The translations under genes and the position numbers were made by a program. From NCBI GenBank assembly GCA_944389265.1, contig CALXLS010000005.1:22076-86075 (forward strand): a stretch of DNA of 64,000 nt, given 5' to 3'. Source of the stretch: an uncultured Alphaproteobacteria bacterium. Its GTDB lineage: Bacteria; Pseudomonadota; Alphaproteobacteria; Rs-D84. The notes below the pieces were generated by a model. It had not been told where the DNA came from. It saw only the letters and a program-made list of their open reading frames with translations, and did no database searches. Positions 48,906-59,236 of this stretch are shown one piece after another (position 1 is the first letter of the stretch; each line of letters begins with the position of its first letter).

Positions 48906-49505
48906 ATGAAAAATATTGTTCTTTTTTGTACGGGACTTTCTGGTAGCGGGAAGAGCTATTTTATCAAGCACTATTTGCCATCCAATTTGTTTTATAGTTT
49001 AAAATCTGCAACCACCAGACCGATGCGAGAGGGCGAAAAAGACGGGCACGATTATTATTTCCGAGACGAACAATATTTTTCCACAGAAAAACTAGCAACA
49101 TTATTATGGGTAAACGAAGAATTTTGGGTACCTGGTCAGCCGAAATGGTTGTATGGAGTTCCTGAATTTGAAATATATAATAATTTAAGCAAAAATTTAG
49201 TATACGACGTAATTCAACCTAAATACATACGCCAAATGATTGATTGGTTCAAAGCAAACAAATTAAGTAAGTACTATGATTTTAAAACGATTTATTTTAT
49301 TCCGACAGGGAACAACATACAAACCATACAGAAACGTGCAAATATGCCTGACGATAAATTAGTAAGGCAAAAAAACACGTGTAATCCTGAAGATTTTTTG
49401 CGTGCTGACGTGGATATTGATTTTTTAGCAAAATGTAGCGCGTCAGAAACTATAATTAGCCCAAAATTATTAAAGTTCTTATCGAAACGAATAAAAATAA
49501 AATAA
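48906..49505 (+). CDS. divergent guanylate-kinase-like P-loop protein
   Basis: Walker A GLSGSGKSY and ATTRPMREGEKDGHDYYF (compare Gmk TTRxPRxGExDGxDYxF). The rest is not collinear with Gmk. Confidence 0.45.
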   Translation: MKNIVLFCTGLSGSGKSYFIKHYLPSNLFYSLKSATTRPMREGEKDGHDYYFRDEQYFSTEKLATLLWVNEEFWVPGQPKWLYGVPEFEIYNNLSKNLVYDVIQPKYIRQMIDWFKANKLSKYYDFKTIYFIPTGNNIQTIQKRANMPDDKLVRQKNTCNPEDFLRADVDIDFLAKCSASETIISPKLLKFLSKRIKIK

Positions 49506-49540
49506 AAAAGGCTTTCTTTTTTAGAAAGCCCTCTTTATTA
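49506..49540. terminator. bidirectional terminator
   Basis: ggctttct-ttttta-gaaagcc with A/T runs both sides. Confidence 0.55.
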
Positions 49541-51490
49541 AACATGACCTTTAAGCGCAACATATATTTGACCTAAATCAGTTTTAATTAAGGTTGCTGA
49601 TAATTTTTCGGAATTATCTGCCTGTTGTGCTCCGGCTAGAACTTTATCAAAACTGCGCACGAATTGAGTTGCCTGAGAACGAAATACAGCGTCAGACTTC
49701 AACATATCACGAACTTGTTTTTTATCTGCTGCAGCCATCATTTTAGCCAGCCATTTAGAAAATATAGTTTTGTCTCCGGCATGATATTTCTTCCAGACCA
49801 CATCAGGAATTTCTGCACCAATTGCGCGAGTTAAATCCAAAGATTGCTCGTGCATTTTTTCAAACATACGTTCGCTTTGTTTTAAGAAATCTTGACTGCT
49901 AACACGTCCGAAAGACGCAGCAGGTGCAGTATTTATTGCTTCCATAGGTGCAGTAGCACGCGCAACCATCATCTGTTTATTTAAAGTTTGCATAGTATTT
50001 ACTGCCTTTGCATAGTCAGACATTAAATCAATCATTTGTTGACGCGATTGTCCTGCTAAATCTTCTAACTTACCTGCAGAATCAGCAATGGTCGTTGTAG
50101 ATTCTGACACAGTAGTTTTCATTAGCCCTATTTTTTCGTTCAAAGAAGCAACTATTTTTTCTAAGTTTTCGCCAGTTGCCATAGAAGTCTGTGACAAATC
50201 AGGCAGTGCAGAATAATATTTTTCTATAAGTTCTGATAACGGTTGTAATTGAGCGGTTGTTTCCGCGGACATCTTTATAAGATTTGCAGATTGACCCGAT
50301 AATTGTGTATGCGCTGTATTCATTTCTATCAAAGTTTCGCGTACACCCGTTGCCATGGCCTTTACTGATTCAGAGAAAGCACCTGCTGCATTTCTTGTGT
50401 TTTCTAATGTTGTATTTGCAACACCGGATACTGTTTTAAGTTCTGTCACAACACCTGTTGCGAATTCTTTTATTTCATTGTTAAAGCGGTTCGTAAGAGT
50501 CGCTAGTTCTGTAGAAATATTTCTAACAGACGACTCTGTAGCGGTTGCGGTACTCATCAATTTTTCTACAACATCAGCAAGTTTTCTGATTTGTTTTTCT
50601 ATGGACGATTCAGCCAAACGTACTTGCCCGCCGACAACATTTGCAGTATTTGTTAATGTGTTCATTTGCGTTGTAAGTTGTTTTTTGGATTGTTTGCTGA
50701 AAGAATCCATTTTAGTCAAATGACTATCTAGCAACTTATCATTTTGGTTCATTAGACCTTCATAATCTGTTGCTGCAGTTTTTACATTTTCAAATCCGTC
50801 TGCAGTTGTTTTCGCCAAATCGGTTAACCGTTGTTGCATTGTTTCATATTCTGCGTTTACCGTTTTCATTTGTTCTTCATTCGCATTAAATTGAGACTGT
50901 AATTCTTGCGATAATTTTTCACCAGAAGCGACCCATGTATCTACACGTTCTTGTATTTGACTGATTCTATCTGTTGTATCTTGTGTGGTAGTATCAATTC
51001 TGGTCATCAAATCATTAACCGTTGCCAAGAATCTATCGGTTGCCATTTCAACATCTTGCCAACTACTTGAATCTACTATACCTCGCAAATCCGACACAGT
51101 ATTATCAAGTCTTTGTGACATTATAGCCATTTTCTTTGTTGCATCATCTGCAGAAGCAAGTAATTTTTCGTTTTGTTCACTCAGCGCAAGTTTTAACTCG
51201 TTTGCTGACGCTATCTGAGAATTTAATGTGGAACTAATATTCTGAAAACTTGATTCTATTTTAGATATTTCATCTGCCAATATTGTTTGCAAAACACGCA
51301 CTGCATCATGAATTTTTGCGCGTTCTGGTTTTGTCATCAACAACAACAAAGATTCCATTACTTTCTGAGAGCGCCTAGACACAAAAAATAACACTATTAA
51401 CGAAACAATCAACAGACCACCCAATATACTACTGCCGATTATAAATATTTGCATGATATCCATATAAATCCCCCCGTATTTTCTAAACAA
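49538..51490 (-). CDS. membrane-anchored long coiled-coil protein, hypothetical
   Basis: N-terminal TM helix IFIIGSSILGGLLIVSLIVLFFV, then ~500 aa of heptad-like Thr/Gln/Glu-rich helix. Confidence 0.5.
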   Translation of the reverse strand: MFRKYGGIYMDIMQIFIIGSSILGGLLIVSLIVLFFVSRRSQKVMESLLLLMTKPERAKIHDAVRVLQTILADEISKIESSFQNISSTLNSQIASANELKLALSEQNEKLLASADDATKKMAIMSQRLDNTVSDLRGIVDSSSWQDVEMATDRFLATVNDLMTRIDTTTQDTTDRISQIQERVDTWVASGEKLSQELQSQFNANEEQMKTVNAEYETMQQRLTDLAKTTADGFENVKTAATDYEGLMNQNDKLLDSHLTKMDSFSKQSKKQLTTQMNTLTNTANVVGGQVRLAESSIEKQIRKLADVVEKLMSTATATESSVRNISTELATLTNRFNNEIKEFATGVVTELKTVSGVANTTLENTRNAAGAFSESVKAMATGVRETLIEMNTAHTQLSGQSANLIKMSAETTAQLQPLSELIEKYYSALPDLSQTSMATGENLEKIVASLNEKIGLMKTTVSESTTTIADSAGKLEDLAGQSRQQMIDLMSDYAKAVNTMQTLNKQMMVARATAPMEAINTAPAASFGRVSSQDFLKQSERMFEKMHEQSLDLTRAIGAEIPDVVWKKYHAGDKTIFSKWLAKMMAAADKKQVRDMLKSDAVFRSQATQFVRSFDKVLAGAQQADNSEKLSATLIKTDLGQIYVALKGHV

Positions 51491-51604
51491 ACATTAGAAC
51501 AATAAAATGGTTATAGCAACAAAAGTTATGCTTTACATTCCTTATATACTCTTGCAGTTCAGAGAAATTTATACTAAAATCCCAAAAATAAAGCAAGGGC
51601 ATAA

Positions 51605-54262
51605 ATGAAAAAAGACCACTCTCTTTCACCTGAACAAAACGAGGCTGCCAATCCGGCAGTAAATGTCTGGGTACAGGCTAATGCAGGTACTGGCAAAACG
51701 AGTGTGTTGGTGCAAAGACTTCTAAGAACTTTATTTCGAACACAAGATTTATATAATTCCGGTATATTGTGTCTTACTTATACAAATGCTGGGGCAGGTG
51801 AAATGCGCAATCGTATATTAAAAGAATTGCGTAATTGGGCAATGGCTCCTGATGAAGAACTAAAAAAACTTTTAAAAGATATTTCTTTAAATAATCCTCC
51901 AAAAGATGAAGATGTTGCTCATGCCAGAGAAATCTTTTTTAAATACATAGACAATCCAGAAATATTAAAAATAAAAACTCTTCATGGTTTTTGTGAAGAA
52001 ATTTTACATCGTTTTCCTTTAGAAGCGGGTATTTCACCTTCGTGGTCACTAGTATCCGACGCGAACCAACGTGTTTTGCAACAGGATGCATTTACGAAAC
52101 TAATAAATACATCAAATGATAAATATGTAATAGATGCATTTGCGCATATTGTGACCAGAATATCTGACTCATATATAAACGACCTGCTACAAATATTAAG
52201 CGAACAATATAAGTACTTCTTTAACCTAAACGACATTAGTAAATACCGTAAATACTTTATTGATACAACTGAATATTTTTTAGGTTTAAACAATCCTGCC
52301 CAGACAGAATTTTCGGAAGAAAAACTGAAAAACATCGTACGTATGGCCTCTGAAGAAGTAAACAGTTCAAAAAAACCGGCAAAATACCTTATACAAATTA
52401 TAAACTTAACTCAAAAATACATTGATAAAACTATAGATTTTGAAGAATATAAAGAAGCATATTTAAATGACGACGGCAGCAAAACTCAAAACGTATCAAA
52501 AAAAGAATACTTAGCCGACGAACAAGATCGCGTTTTTAGACAAAACCAGTTTTACATTGCTCAACAAATCGCAAAAGATTCTTTATCTTTGTTCGACTTA
52601 TCTGCTGCTTTTGCAAAAAAATACCAAGAACTAAAAAAGCAAAAGAATCTTTTGGACTTTGAAGATTTAATACTTTATACAAAAAAACTGTTTTCTTCTC
52701 CGGAAAACATGGGTTGGATTTTGTCACAATTAAACATTTCTTTGAATCAAATTTTAATAGACGAAGCCCAAGACACAAGCCCAACACAATGGGACATCGT
52801 TCGCATGTTGTCTGGTGATTTTTTTGCGGAAGGCGACACAACAAATTTACCAAAATCTATATTTGTTGTAGGAGACACAAAACAGTCTATTTATGGTTTT
52901 CAAGGCGCAGACCCGAAAGCATTTGCGTCAAGTCGTGAAGAAATCTCTGAACAAATACAGCAGAATATGAGGGTTATAAAAGAAATTCCTTTGGAACAAA
53001 GTTTCAGGTCGCTTGAGCCAATATTACGTACCGTCGACTTCTTCTTTGGGAACACAGAATTAGCCACACAGACCGGTTTCTCTAATAATGAACATAAAGT
53101 ATACAGAACCGACAAAGGCGGTTTAGTAGAAATAAACAAACTAATATCAAAGAAAGAAAGCGACCAAACAGTTGCTGATTACGTGCTTCAAATCGCCGAC
53201 AATATAGAAACATTAATTAAAACAAAACAGTTTTTGCCGAAAGAAATTATGGTTTTGGTTCAAAGAAGGAAACCGATGGTCCCCCCGTTGGTAAAAGAAC
53301 TAAAAAAACGCGGCATTGAAGTTGCGGGCAGTGACAGAATTATATTACCAGACTTTCCTGCCATAAGAGATTTGCTAAACCTTGTGCGGTTTTGTTTAAA
53401 TATGAACGACGACTATAGTTTATGTTGTGTGTTAAAAAGTCCGATTTTCAGATTGAAAGAAGAAGATATTTTCAAAATATGCAAAATAAAAAACGATGAA
53501 AATATTGCGCGAAAAAGCCGGAACGAAAAAGAAAATTTAATAACCGTATTTGAGGTTTTAAAAGATACATTTCCGGAAATTTATTCCACTCTGTCGGCTA
53601 TTGTAGAAAATGCGAAAATTGCCGGGCCATATTCTTTCTTTTCCAACCTATTGAACAAATACGGCGTTCGGACAAGTATGATAGAAGCCTTAGGCAGTCA
53701 AATAATAGACCCATTAGAAGAGTTTACGACAATATGTTTATCTTACGAAAGAACACAACCAGGAACTCTGAAAGATTTTTTAAAATGGTTTATTACCGGC
53801 GGCAGTGAAATAAAACGTGATATGAACGCCGCTTCTGGGGTAAGGGTTGTGACAATTCACGGCAGCAAAGGGCTAGAAGCACCTGTAATATTTTTAATAG
53901 ACACCGTACGTATGCCAGAAACAGAAACAATATTTCCTATTCCAAAAAAAATGCTAACAAATTCACAGCAACAGACTGGCAAAGGTATGCCAGAGCCATG
54001 GCTTTGGACTCCAAGGAAAACAGAAGGTTGCGAAACGCAACAAGTTGCATCTGAATTATTTATGAAAACAAAACTTGCAGAATATTACAGACTTTTATAC
54101 GTTGCGATGACTCGCGCGCGTGACAGACTGTACATTTATGGATATACTCCTTACAAAAATCCGCCCGAAATGGCATGGCATACAACACTATGGAATACAC
54201 TATCTTCGGTTCCAGGGGCTTACACAGAAGACGACAAAATCAGGATTACAGATGACAAATAA
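51605..54262 (+). CDS. addA: AddA-type (UvrD-like) double-strand-break repair helicase, helicase portion. Nuclease domain continues in another frame.
   Basis: WVQANAGTGKTSVL Walker A, ILIDEAQDTSP Walker B, VVGDTKQSIYGFQGA, VTIHGSKGLEAPVIFL, YVAMTRARDRLYIYG. Confidence 0.75.
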   Translation: MKKDHSLSPEQNEAANPAVNVWVQANAGTGKTSVLVQRLLRTLFRTQDLYNSGILCLTYTNAGAGEMRNRILKELRNWAMAPDEELKKLLKDISLNNPPKDEDVAHAREIFFKYIDNPEILKIKTLHGFCEEILHRFPLEAGISPSWSLVSDANQRVLQQDAFTKLINTSNDKYVIDAFAHIVTRISDSYINDLLQILSEQYKYFFNLNDISKYRKYFIDTTEYFLGLNNPAQTEFSEEKLKNIVRMASEEVNSSKKPAKYLIQIINLTQKYIDKTIDFEEYKEAYLNDDGSKTQNVSKKEYLADEQDRVFRQNQFYIAQQIAKDSLSLFDLSAAFAKKYQELKKQKNLLDFEDLILYTKKLFSSPENMGWILSQLNISLNQILIDEAQDTSPTQWDIVRMLSGDFFAEGDTTNLPKSIFVVGDTKQSIYGFQGADPKAFASSREEISEQIQQNMRVIKEIPLEQSFRSLEPILRTVDFFFGNTELATQTGFSNNEHKVYRTDKGGLVEINKLISKKESDQTVADYVLQIADNIETLIKTKQFLPKEIMVLVQRRKPMVPPLVKELKKRGIEVAGSDRIILPDFPAIRDLLNLVRFCLNMNDDYSLCCVLKSPIFRLKEEDIFKICKIKNDENIARKSRNEKENLITVFEVLKDTFPEIYSTLSAIVENAKIAGPYSFFSNLLNKYGVRTSMIEALGSQIIDPLEEFTTICLSYERTQPGTLKDFLKWFITGGSEIKRDMNAASGVRVVTIHGSKGLEAPVIFLIDTVRMPETETIFPIPKKMLTNSQQQTGKGMPEPWLWTPRKTEGCETQQVASELFMKTKLAEYYRLLYVAMTRARDRLYIYGYTPYKNPPEMAWHTTLWNTLSSVPGAYTEDDKIRITDDK

Positions 54263-54695
54263 TCTATATAAACTATTACTTGAACAAGAACAGAAAAAAT
54301 ACGCCATAGAAACAGGCGCACAAATTCATAAAAAATTACAACAGATAACCATTGATAGCACTGAAAAGGGCGACCCCGAATTAATAAAAAAGATTAAAAA
54401 ACACAATGAGTTATTGCCGTTTTTTAATAAGAATTCTAAAACAGAAGTCCCAATAGCAGGTTATATTGACGGCAATTTCGTAAGCAGACGAATTGACCGG
54501 TTAACCATTGATAAAGAATCAAAAACGATTATTGTCTTAGACTATAAAACGGATACTAACAAACAAATTAATCACGATAAGTATATTTCGCAGGTTCTTG
54601 AATATAAAATTTTGTTAGAAGACGCATATCCGGCATACAAAATCCAATGCTATATTTTATGGCTGCATGATTTTTGTTTAGAAAAATGTGATTAA
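54249..54695 (+). pseudogene. addA: AddA C-terminal PD-(D/E)XK nuclease domain, displaced +1 relative to the helicase ORF (split or frameshifted addA)
   Basis: AGYIDGNFVSRRIDRLTIDK...IIVLDYKTD is the RecB-type nuclease motif. It overlaps the end of the 885-aa ORF in a different frame (track ORF 54120-54695). Confidence 0.55.
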
Positions 54696-56388
54696 AAACT
54701 TGAAAAAGCAACAACAACCCGGATATAATTCACGCATGTTAACCAGTTTAAATATTTCGAACATAGTATTAATAGAAAAACTGAATTTAAGTTTCGGTTC
54801 GGGTTTAAACATTTTAACTGGTGAAACAGGCGCAGGAAAAAGTATTTTATTAGACGCATTGGCATTGGCGCTTGGCGCACGTTCCGACGCAGGTTTGGTT
54901 CGTCATGGGTGCGATACCGCATCCGTTATTGCAGAATTTGATACAATTAATGAAAACTTGCATGAAATTTTAGACGCGAACGGAATTGATTATGACGATG
55001 TTTTAATTATGCGCAGGACATTGAACTCAGACGGCAAAAGTCGCGCTTGGGTAAACGATATACCTGTATCTATAAAAACGCTTAAACAAATAGGCGATGA
55101 ACTTGTAGAAATACACGGCCAATTTACAAATCATACATTATTAAATCCTGCCACACATCGTAATGCATTGGACAATTTTGCGACAGCATATGATTCTAGC
55201 AATATAAAATTATTAGAAGATGTAAAAAAATCTTATGAAAAATATCACAATGCTGAAAAACGATTAAAAGAACTAAATGAAATGTTAGAAAAATCTGCAT
55301 CAGAACGTGATTTCCTTCAACATAATGTATCTGAATTACAGTCTTTAAATGTGCGAATTGGCGAAGAAGAAGAATTATCTAACAAGCGCACAATGATGAT
55401 GAATGCAGAAAAAGATGCAGCGATTCTAACAGACGCTATAAACGCATTAAATCCGCGCGGTGAAAGTCTGGATGGGCAAATATTTTCCGTGGCTCATATA
55501 TTGCAAAAAATAAAAACAGAACCGAATCCTTATCAAGAACAAATAGATTTGCTTTATGAAACGGCACAAACTATATCAGACATCATAAGCGAACTAAAAC
55601 CGAATGAAGTTGATGTAGATAATTTAGATGCAATAGAAGAACGCCTATTTGCAATACGCGCAGCGGCGCGCAAACATAGGGTTTCTGCGGACGAATTACC
55701 ACAAAAACTGGAACTAATGACAGCACAACTAAATGCGATAGACAATTCTGATGCAGAATTAAAAAAATTAAAAACAGACGTTGTACAGAAAGAATCTATT
55801 TTTAAAGGAAACGCCAAGAAACTGACGCTTTCCCGTCAAAAAGCAGCGGAAGAATTGCGTAATCGTATACTATCTGAATTGCCGGACTTAAAATTGGGGC
55901 AGGCAGATTTCAAAATAGAAATAACACCGTCAACTCCAAGTTCTGCAGGCTGTGACGATGTTCTTTTTATGATTAAGACAAATCCCGGCATGCCATTTGC
56001 ACCATTACACAAAGCGGCATCTGGTGGCGAATTAGCACGATTAATGTTAGCAATGCGCGTAGTTCTGACAAGCAGCGATTCTTCTCATACATTTATATTT
56101 GATGAAGTCGACACAGGAATTAGTGGTGCAACCGCTAGTGCGGTTGGTTTACGCCTTAACAAACTGGCAAAGAATTCTCAGGCATTGGTAATAACGCACT
56201 CTGCACAAGTTGCTGGTTTTGCTGACAGGCATTTCAAAATAGAAAAATCTGTTGTGTCCGACAAAACTGTCACCCGCATATCTGAAATAACAGGTGAAAA
56301 TAGATTAAATGAAATCGCAAGGATCATTAGCGGCGCAGAAATTACACCGGAAGCACTTGCAACAGCAAGAACGCTAATCAAGGTTTAA
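54688..56388 (+). CDS. recN: DNA repair protein RecN
   Basis: N-terminal Walker A GETGAGKSILLDAL, coiled-coil middle, C-terminal GGELARLMLAMRVVL signature and FDEVDTGISG. Confidence 0.85.
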   Translation: MIKNLKKQQQPGYNSRMLTSLNISNIVLIEKLNLSFGSGLNILTGETGAGKSILLDALALALGARSDAGLVRHGCDTASVIAEFDTINENLHEILDANGIDYDDVLIMRRTLNSDGKSRAWVNDIPVSIKTLKQIGDELVEIHGQFTNHTLLNPATHRNALDNFATAYDSSNIKLLEDVKKSYEKYHNAEKRLKELNEMLEKSASERDFLQHNVSELQSLNVRIGEEEELSNKRTMMMNAEKDAAILTDAINALNPRGESLDGQIFSVAHILQKIKTEPNPYQEQIDLLYETAQTISDIISELKPNEVDVDNLDAIEERLFAIRAAARKHRVSADELPQKLELMTAQLNAIDNSDAELKKLKTDVVQKESIFKGNAKKLTLSRQKAAEELRNRILSELPDLKLGQADFKIEITPSTPSSAGCDDVLFMIKTNPGMPFAPLHKAASGGELARLMLAMRVVLTSSDSSHTFIFDEVDTGISGATASAVGLRLNKLAKNSQALVITHSAQVAGFADRHFKIEKSVVSDKTVTRISEITGENRLNEIARIISGAEITPEALATARTLIKV

Positions 56389-57612
56389 AACACCATCTGC
56401 AAATTCAATTGCCACAGGTTTCAGATTTTCAGATTTTCGACTAATTATTTGATTGTTTTTATCGCGAACTATTGCATAACCACGTTGCAAGACACTTTTA
56501 TAACTAAGCGAATTTAACATTTGCCCCAGATGAGTTATAGATTGATTGGACAACGAGATTCTGGTCTGCAAAATATTTTGAAAGTTTCCGACAACTTCCA
56601 TTTTTTGTTTTGCTGTCATTAATTTACTGTTTATTATCAAATTCATTGTTCTAGACACGTCATCCAAACGCTGAGTTTGTTCCATAACTAATTGTTTAGG
56701 GCTTTTTATGGTTATGGATTCTAATCTCGATTTCGCGTTTGTCAGTCTTGTTGTAAAATTGTTAGACAATCTATGCCATAAATTATCTAATTCTTGAATC
56801 AAAGAAAGTTTTGTTGGTACGACCATTTCTGCAGCACCAGTTGGGGTAGGTGCCCGAATGTCTGCAGCAAAATCAATCAACATCCAATCAGGTTCATGTC
56901 CGACACCAGAAATTAGTGGAATCTCACTTGCGGCCGCCGCCCGGACAACAATTTCTTCAGAAAAAGGCAAAAGGTCTTCTAGTGCACCGCCACCGCGAGC
57001 AACGATTATTACATCAACGTTTTTTGCACGATTAAAATATTCTATACCTGCTGCGACTTCTGCTGCGGCTGTTGCGCCTTGTACAGTTGCTGGATACAAA
57101 AGTATTTTTACTGGGAACCTTTCGCGCAATCTATTCTGAATATCTTGAAACGCCGCACCTGTAGGGCTTGTCACGATACCAATTGTCTCGGGGAAACGTG
57201 GCAAAGGCTTCTTTTTAGAAGAATCAAACAAACCTTCTGCCGCAAGTTTGCGTTTCCTTTCTTCAAGCATTTTTAATATTGCGCCAACTCCTGCCATTTC
57301 TATTTCACTCGCAATAATTTGATAATTGCTACGCGCTGGATAAGTAGTAAATCGACCTGTTATAATAACCTCTAAACCATCTTCAAGTTTAAACGGGACA
57401 GGAGTTCCACGCCAAATAATTACAGATATAGCAGCATTTGCATCTTTTATTGTCATATACATATGACCAGAAGTAGCGCGCGTTATCTGGGATAGTTCCC
57501 CACGAATTTTGATACGCGGGAATGCAGTTTCAACAACGTTTTTTAATAAAGCAGACGCGTCAGAAACGCTGAAAATCATATCTGGTTGTACAAAAGGTTC
57601 TGGTTTTTGCAT
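56374..57612 (-). CDS. xseA: exodeoxyribonuclease VII large subunit
   Basis: OB-fold N-terminus and catalytic core (GIVTSPTGAAFQD...VARGGGALEDL...SGVGHEPDWMLIDFAAD). Confidence 0.85.
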   Translation of the reverse strand: MQKPEPFVQPDMIFSVSDASALLKNVVETAFPRIKIRGELSQITRATSGHMYMTIKDANAAISVIIWRGTPVPFKLEDGLEVIITGRFTTYPARSNYQIIASEIEMAGVGAILKMLEERKRKLAAEGLFDSSKKKPLPRFPETIGIVTSPTGAAFQDIQNRLRERFPVKILLYPATVQGATAAAEVAAGIEYFNRAKNVDVIIVARGGGALEDLLPFSEEIVVRAAAASEIPLISGVGHEPDWMLIDFAADIRAPTPTGAAEMVVPTKLSLIQELDNLWHRLSNNFTTRLTNAKSRLESITIKSPKQLVMEQTQRLDDVSRTMNLIINSKLMTAKQKMEVVGNFQNILQTRISLSNQSITHLGQMLNSLSYKSVLQRGYAIVRDKNNQIISRKSENLKPVAIEFADGVLNLD

Positions 57613-57661
57613 GGCTTTATGATATAATATTTATTATTAGTTTAAATATGGAGTTTATATT

Positions 57662-58669
57662 ATGAGTAAACTAGATAATTTGCAACAAATAAATACAAAT
57701 GCCCCCAGGGAAACACTTGTATATCTTGCAGATGGTTTGGTCATAAAACGCCCTGTAGACACCTCTAATTCAAAGATACTAAATACATGGCTAGGTAAAC
57801 AGATTCAGGCAAAAGATACGTCTGATAAAGTTCTTGCCGCAAACAACAAGAATTATTTTGTACCACGCACATTAGAGATTTCTTCAAAAGAATATTTTGT
57901 TGTTGAAGAGCGCGCGACAGGCACACCCTTATCATCATCTTTTTTTGAAACTCTTACAAAAAAAGAAGCAGATATTATTTATAAAGGGATTGCACATTTT
58001 ATAAATGATATAAATCAATCAAAACAAGTTCTTACGCAGAAAGAAACTTTTGATAGTTTTACCAGCGTTGAATATCTAGGTGAAATATCAATACCATCCC
58101 TTATTGAAAAGTTATCAAAATACATCCCTAAAAAAGATATGCAAATTGTACAAGACGCAAAAGACTGGTTTGATGTCGCGTCTGATAATGATGCAAGTAT
58201 AGTTTTTGCTCATGGTGACATGAATGAACATAACATATTCTTTAACAGAGAAACAAAAACTTTATCGATTATAGATTTTGCGGATTCAAAATATCAGAAC
58301 GCAGATTATATGTTCAACGTAGATTTCGCACGCCTTGGTTGGCTAGACATAGAAAGACTTATAAAAGAATATGAGGCATTACCTAAAAAACAACCTATAA
58401 ACGTAAAGAACAAACCAGAAGTTAAAAATATGCGAAATGCGTTATATAACTTTAAAAATTCGGCAAGTGAATTTCTACACAACCCTAAATTAGCGACTAA
58501 AATTCGTATCGAAATAATAAAACAAGAAATAGAAAAAATAAAGAAATTATATAACTCCATTAATGACAGCAATAAATTTCAAAAGGGCATACAGATTTTA
58601 GAATTGCAAACAAAAGAAAAAGAACTGCGCACAGCAGTAACCATGAAAAACAAAACAAAAAAACGCTAG
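57662..58669 (+). CDS. phosphotransferase/kinase-fold protein (APH-like), hypothetical
   Basis: FAHGDMNEHNIFF...IIDFADS matches HGDxxxxN / IDFxD motifs. Confidence 0.45.
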   Translation: MSKLDNLQQINTNAPRETLVYLADGLVIKRPVDTSNSKILNTWLGKQIQAKDTSDKVLAANNKNYFVPRTLEISSKEYFVVEERATGTPLSSSFFETLTKKEADIIYKGIAHFINDINQSKQVLTQKETFDSFTSVEYLGEISIPSLIEKLSKYIPKKDMQIVQDAKDWFDVASDNDASIVFAHGDMNEHNIFFNRETKTLSIIDFADSKYQNADYMFNVDFARLGWLDIERLIKEYEALPKKQPINVKNKPEVKNMRNALYNFKNSASEFLHNPKLATKIRIEIIKQEIEKIKKLYNSINDSNKFQKGIQILELQTKEKELRTAVTMKNKTKKR

Positions 58670-58672
58670 TTC

Positions 58673-59224
58673 TTACATTCTGTGATTAGAGAATAACATA
58701 TTAATAAATACGGTATCTTCTAAATCCAAGCCTATATAGTTTGCAAATTTGTATGCGCGTTGAAATTCAAAATTGCTATTAACATATTTTCCAAGTTCGT
58801 ACGGTATTTCTATGAACACTCCATTTTCATCGACAGATTGATCAAACGAAAGATCTAAAATGGAACCATCGAATTTATTTTCTAGCCATACATGATCCGT
58901 CAATCCTGGGATAAAACTATTTTTAGAAAATTGTTTTAGCCGCCAAATTTCCGACTTGTCCGGCATACGGAACAGATGATTCCACGTATAACTAGCTATT
59001 CCACAAAAACCGGCTGAAAACCTGTGTTGTTGGATTCGTTCGTTCTCATACTTAGGACTCAGAACTTGTTTTCTTAACTCGGTTTGTTTAAAGGCTTCAC
59101 GAAATACTTTTACAGTATCTGCCATATCATATTTTGTAGAAAATTTCACGGGCAAAGAAAGATTCTTTACTTGTTCTACTAATTTTTTTGTTGCCAAATC
59201 GTATTCTAACTTTTTATCAGTCAT
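58673..59224 (-). CDS. hypothetical 183-aa protein
   Basis: ORF only. Confidence 0.35.
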   Translation of the reverse strand: MTDKKLEYDLATKKLVEQVKNLSLPVKFSTKYDMADTVKVFREAFKQTELRKQVLSPKYENERIQQHRFSAGFCGIASYTWNHLFRMPDKSEIWRLKQFSKNSFIPGLTDHVWLENKFDGSILDLSFDQSVDENGVFIEIPYELGKYVNSNFEFQRAYKFANYIGLDLEDTVFINMLFSNHRM

Positions 59225-59236
59225 AACGAATTCTTT

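Noticed and set aside
51491-51604. Possible LexA/SOS box (GTTC-N7-GTTC or GAAC-N7-GAAC) upstream of addA/recN
   Set aside because: The closest sequence is GAACAATAAAATGGTT, which does not match either consensus. recN has no own promoter region because it overlaps the addA fragment.
56850-57276. Three plus-strand ORFs (61-93 aa) within xseA
   Set aside because: They are antisense to an intact xseA. Their compositionally biased Ala/Ser/Arg products come from the GC-richer segment.
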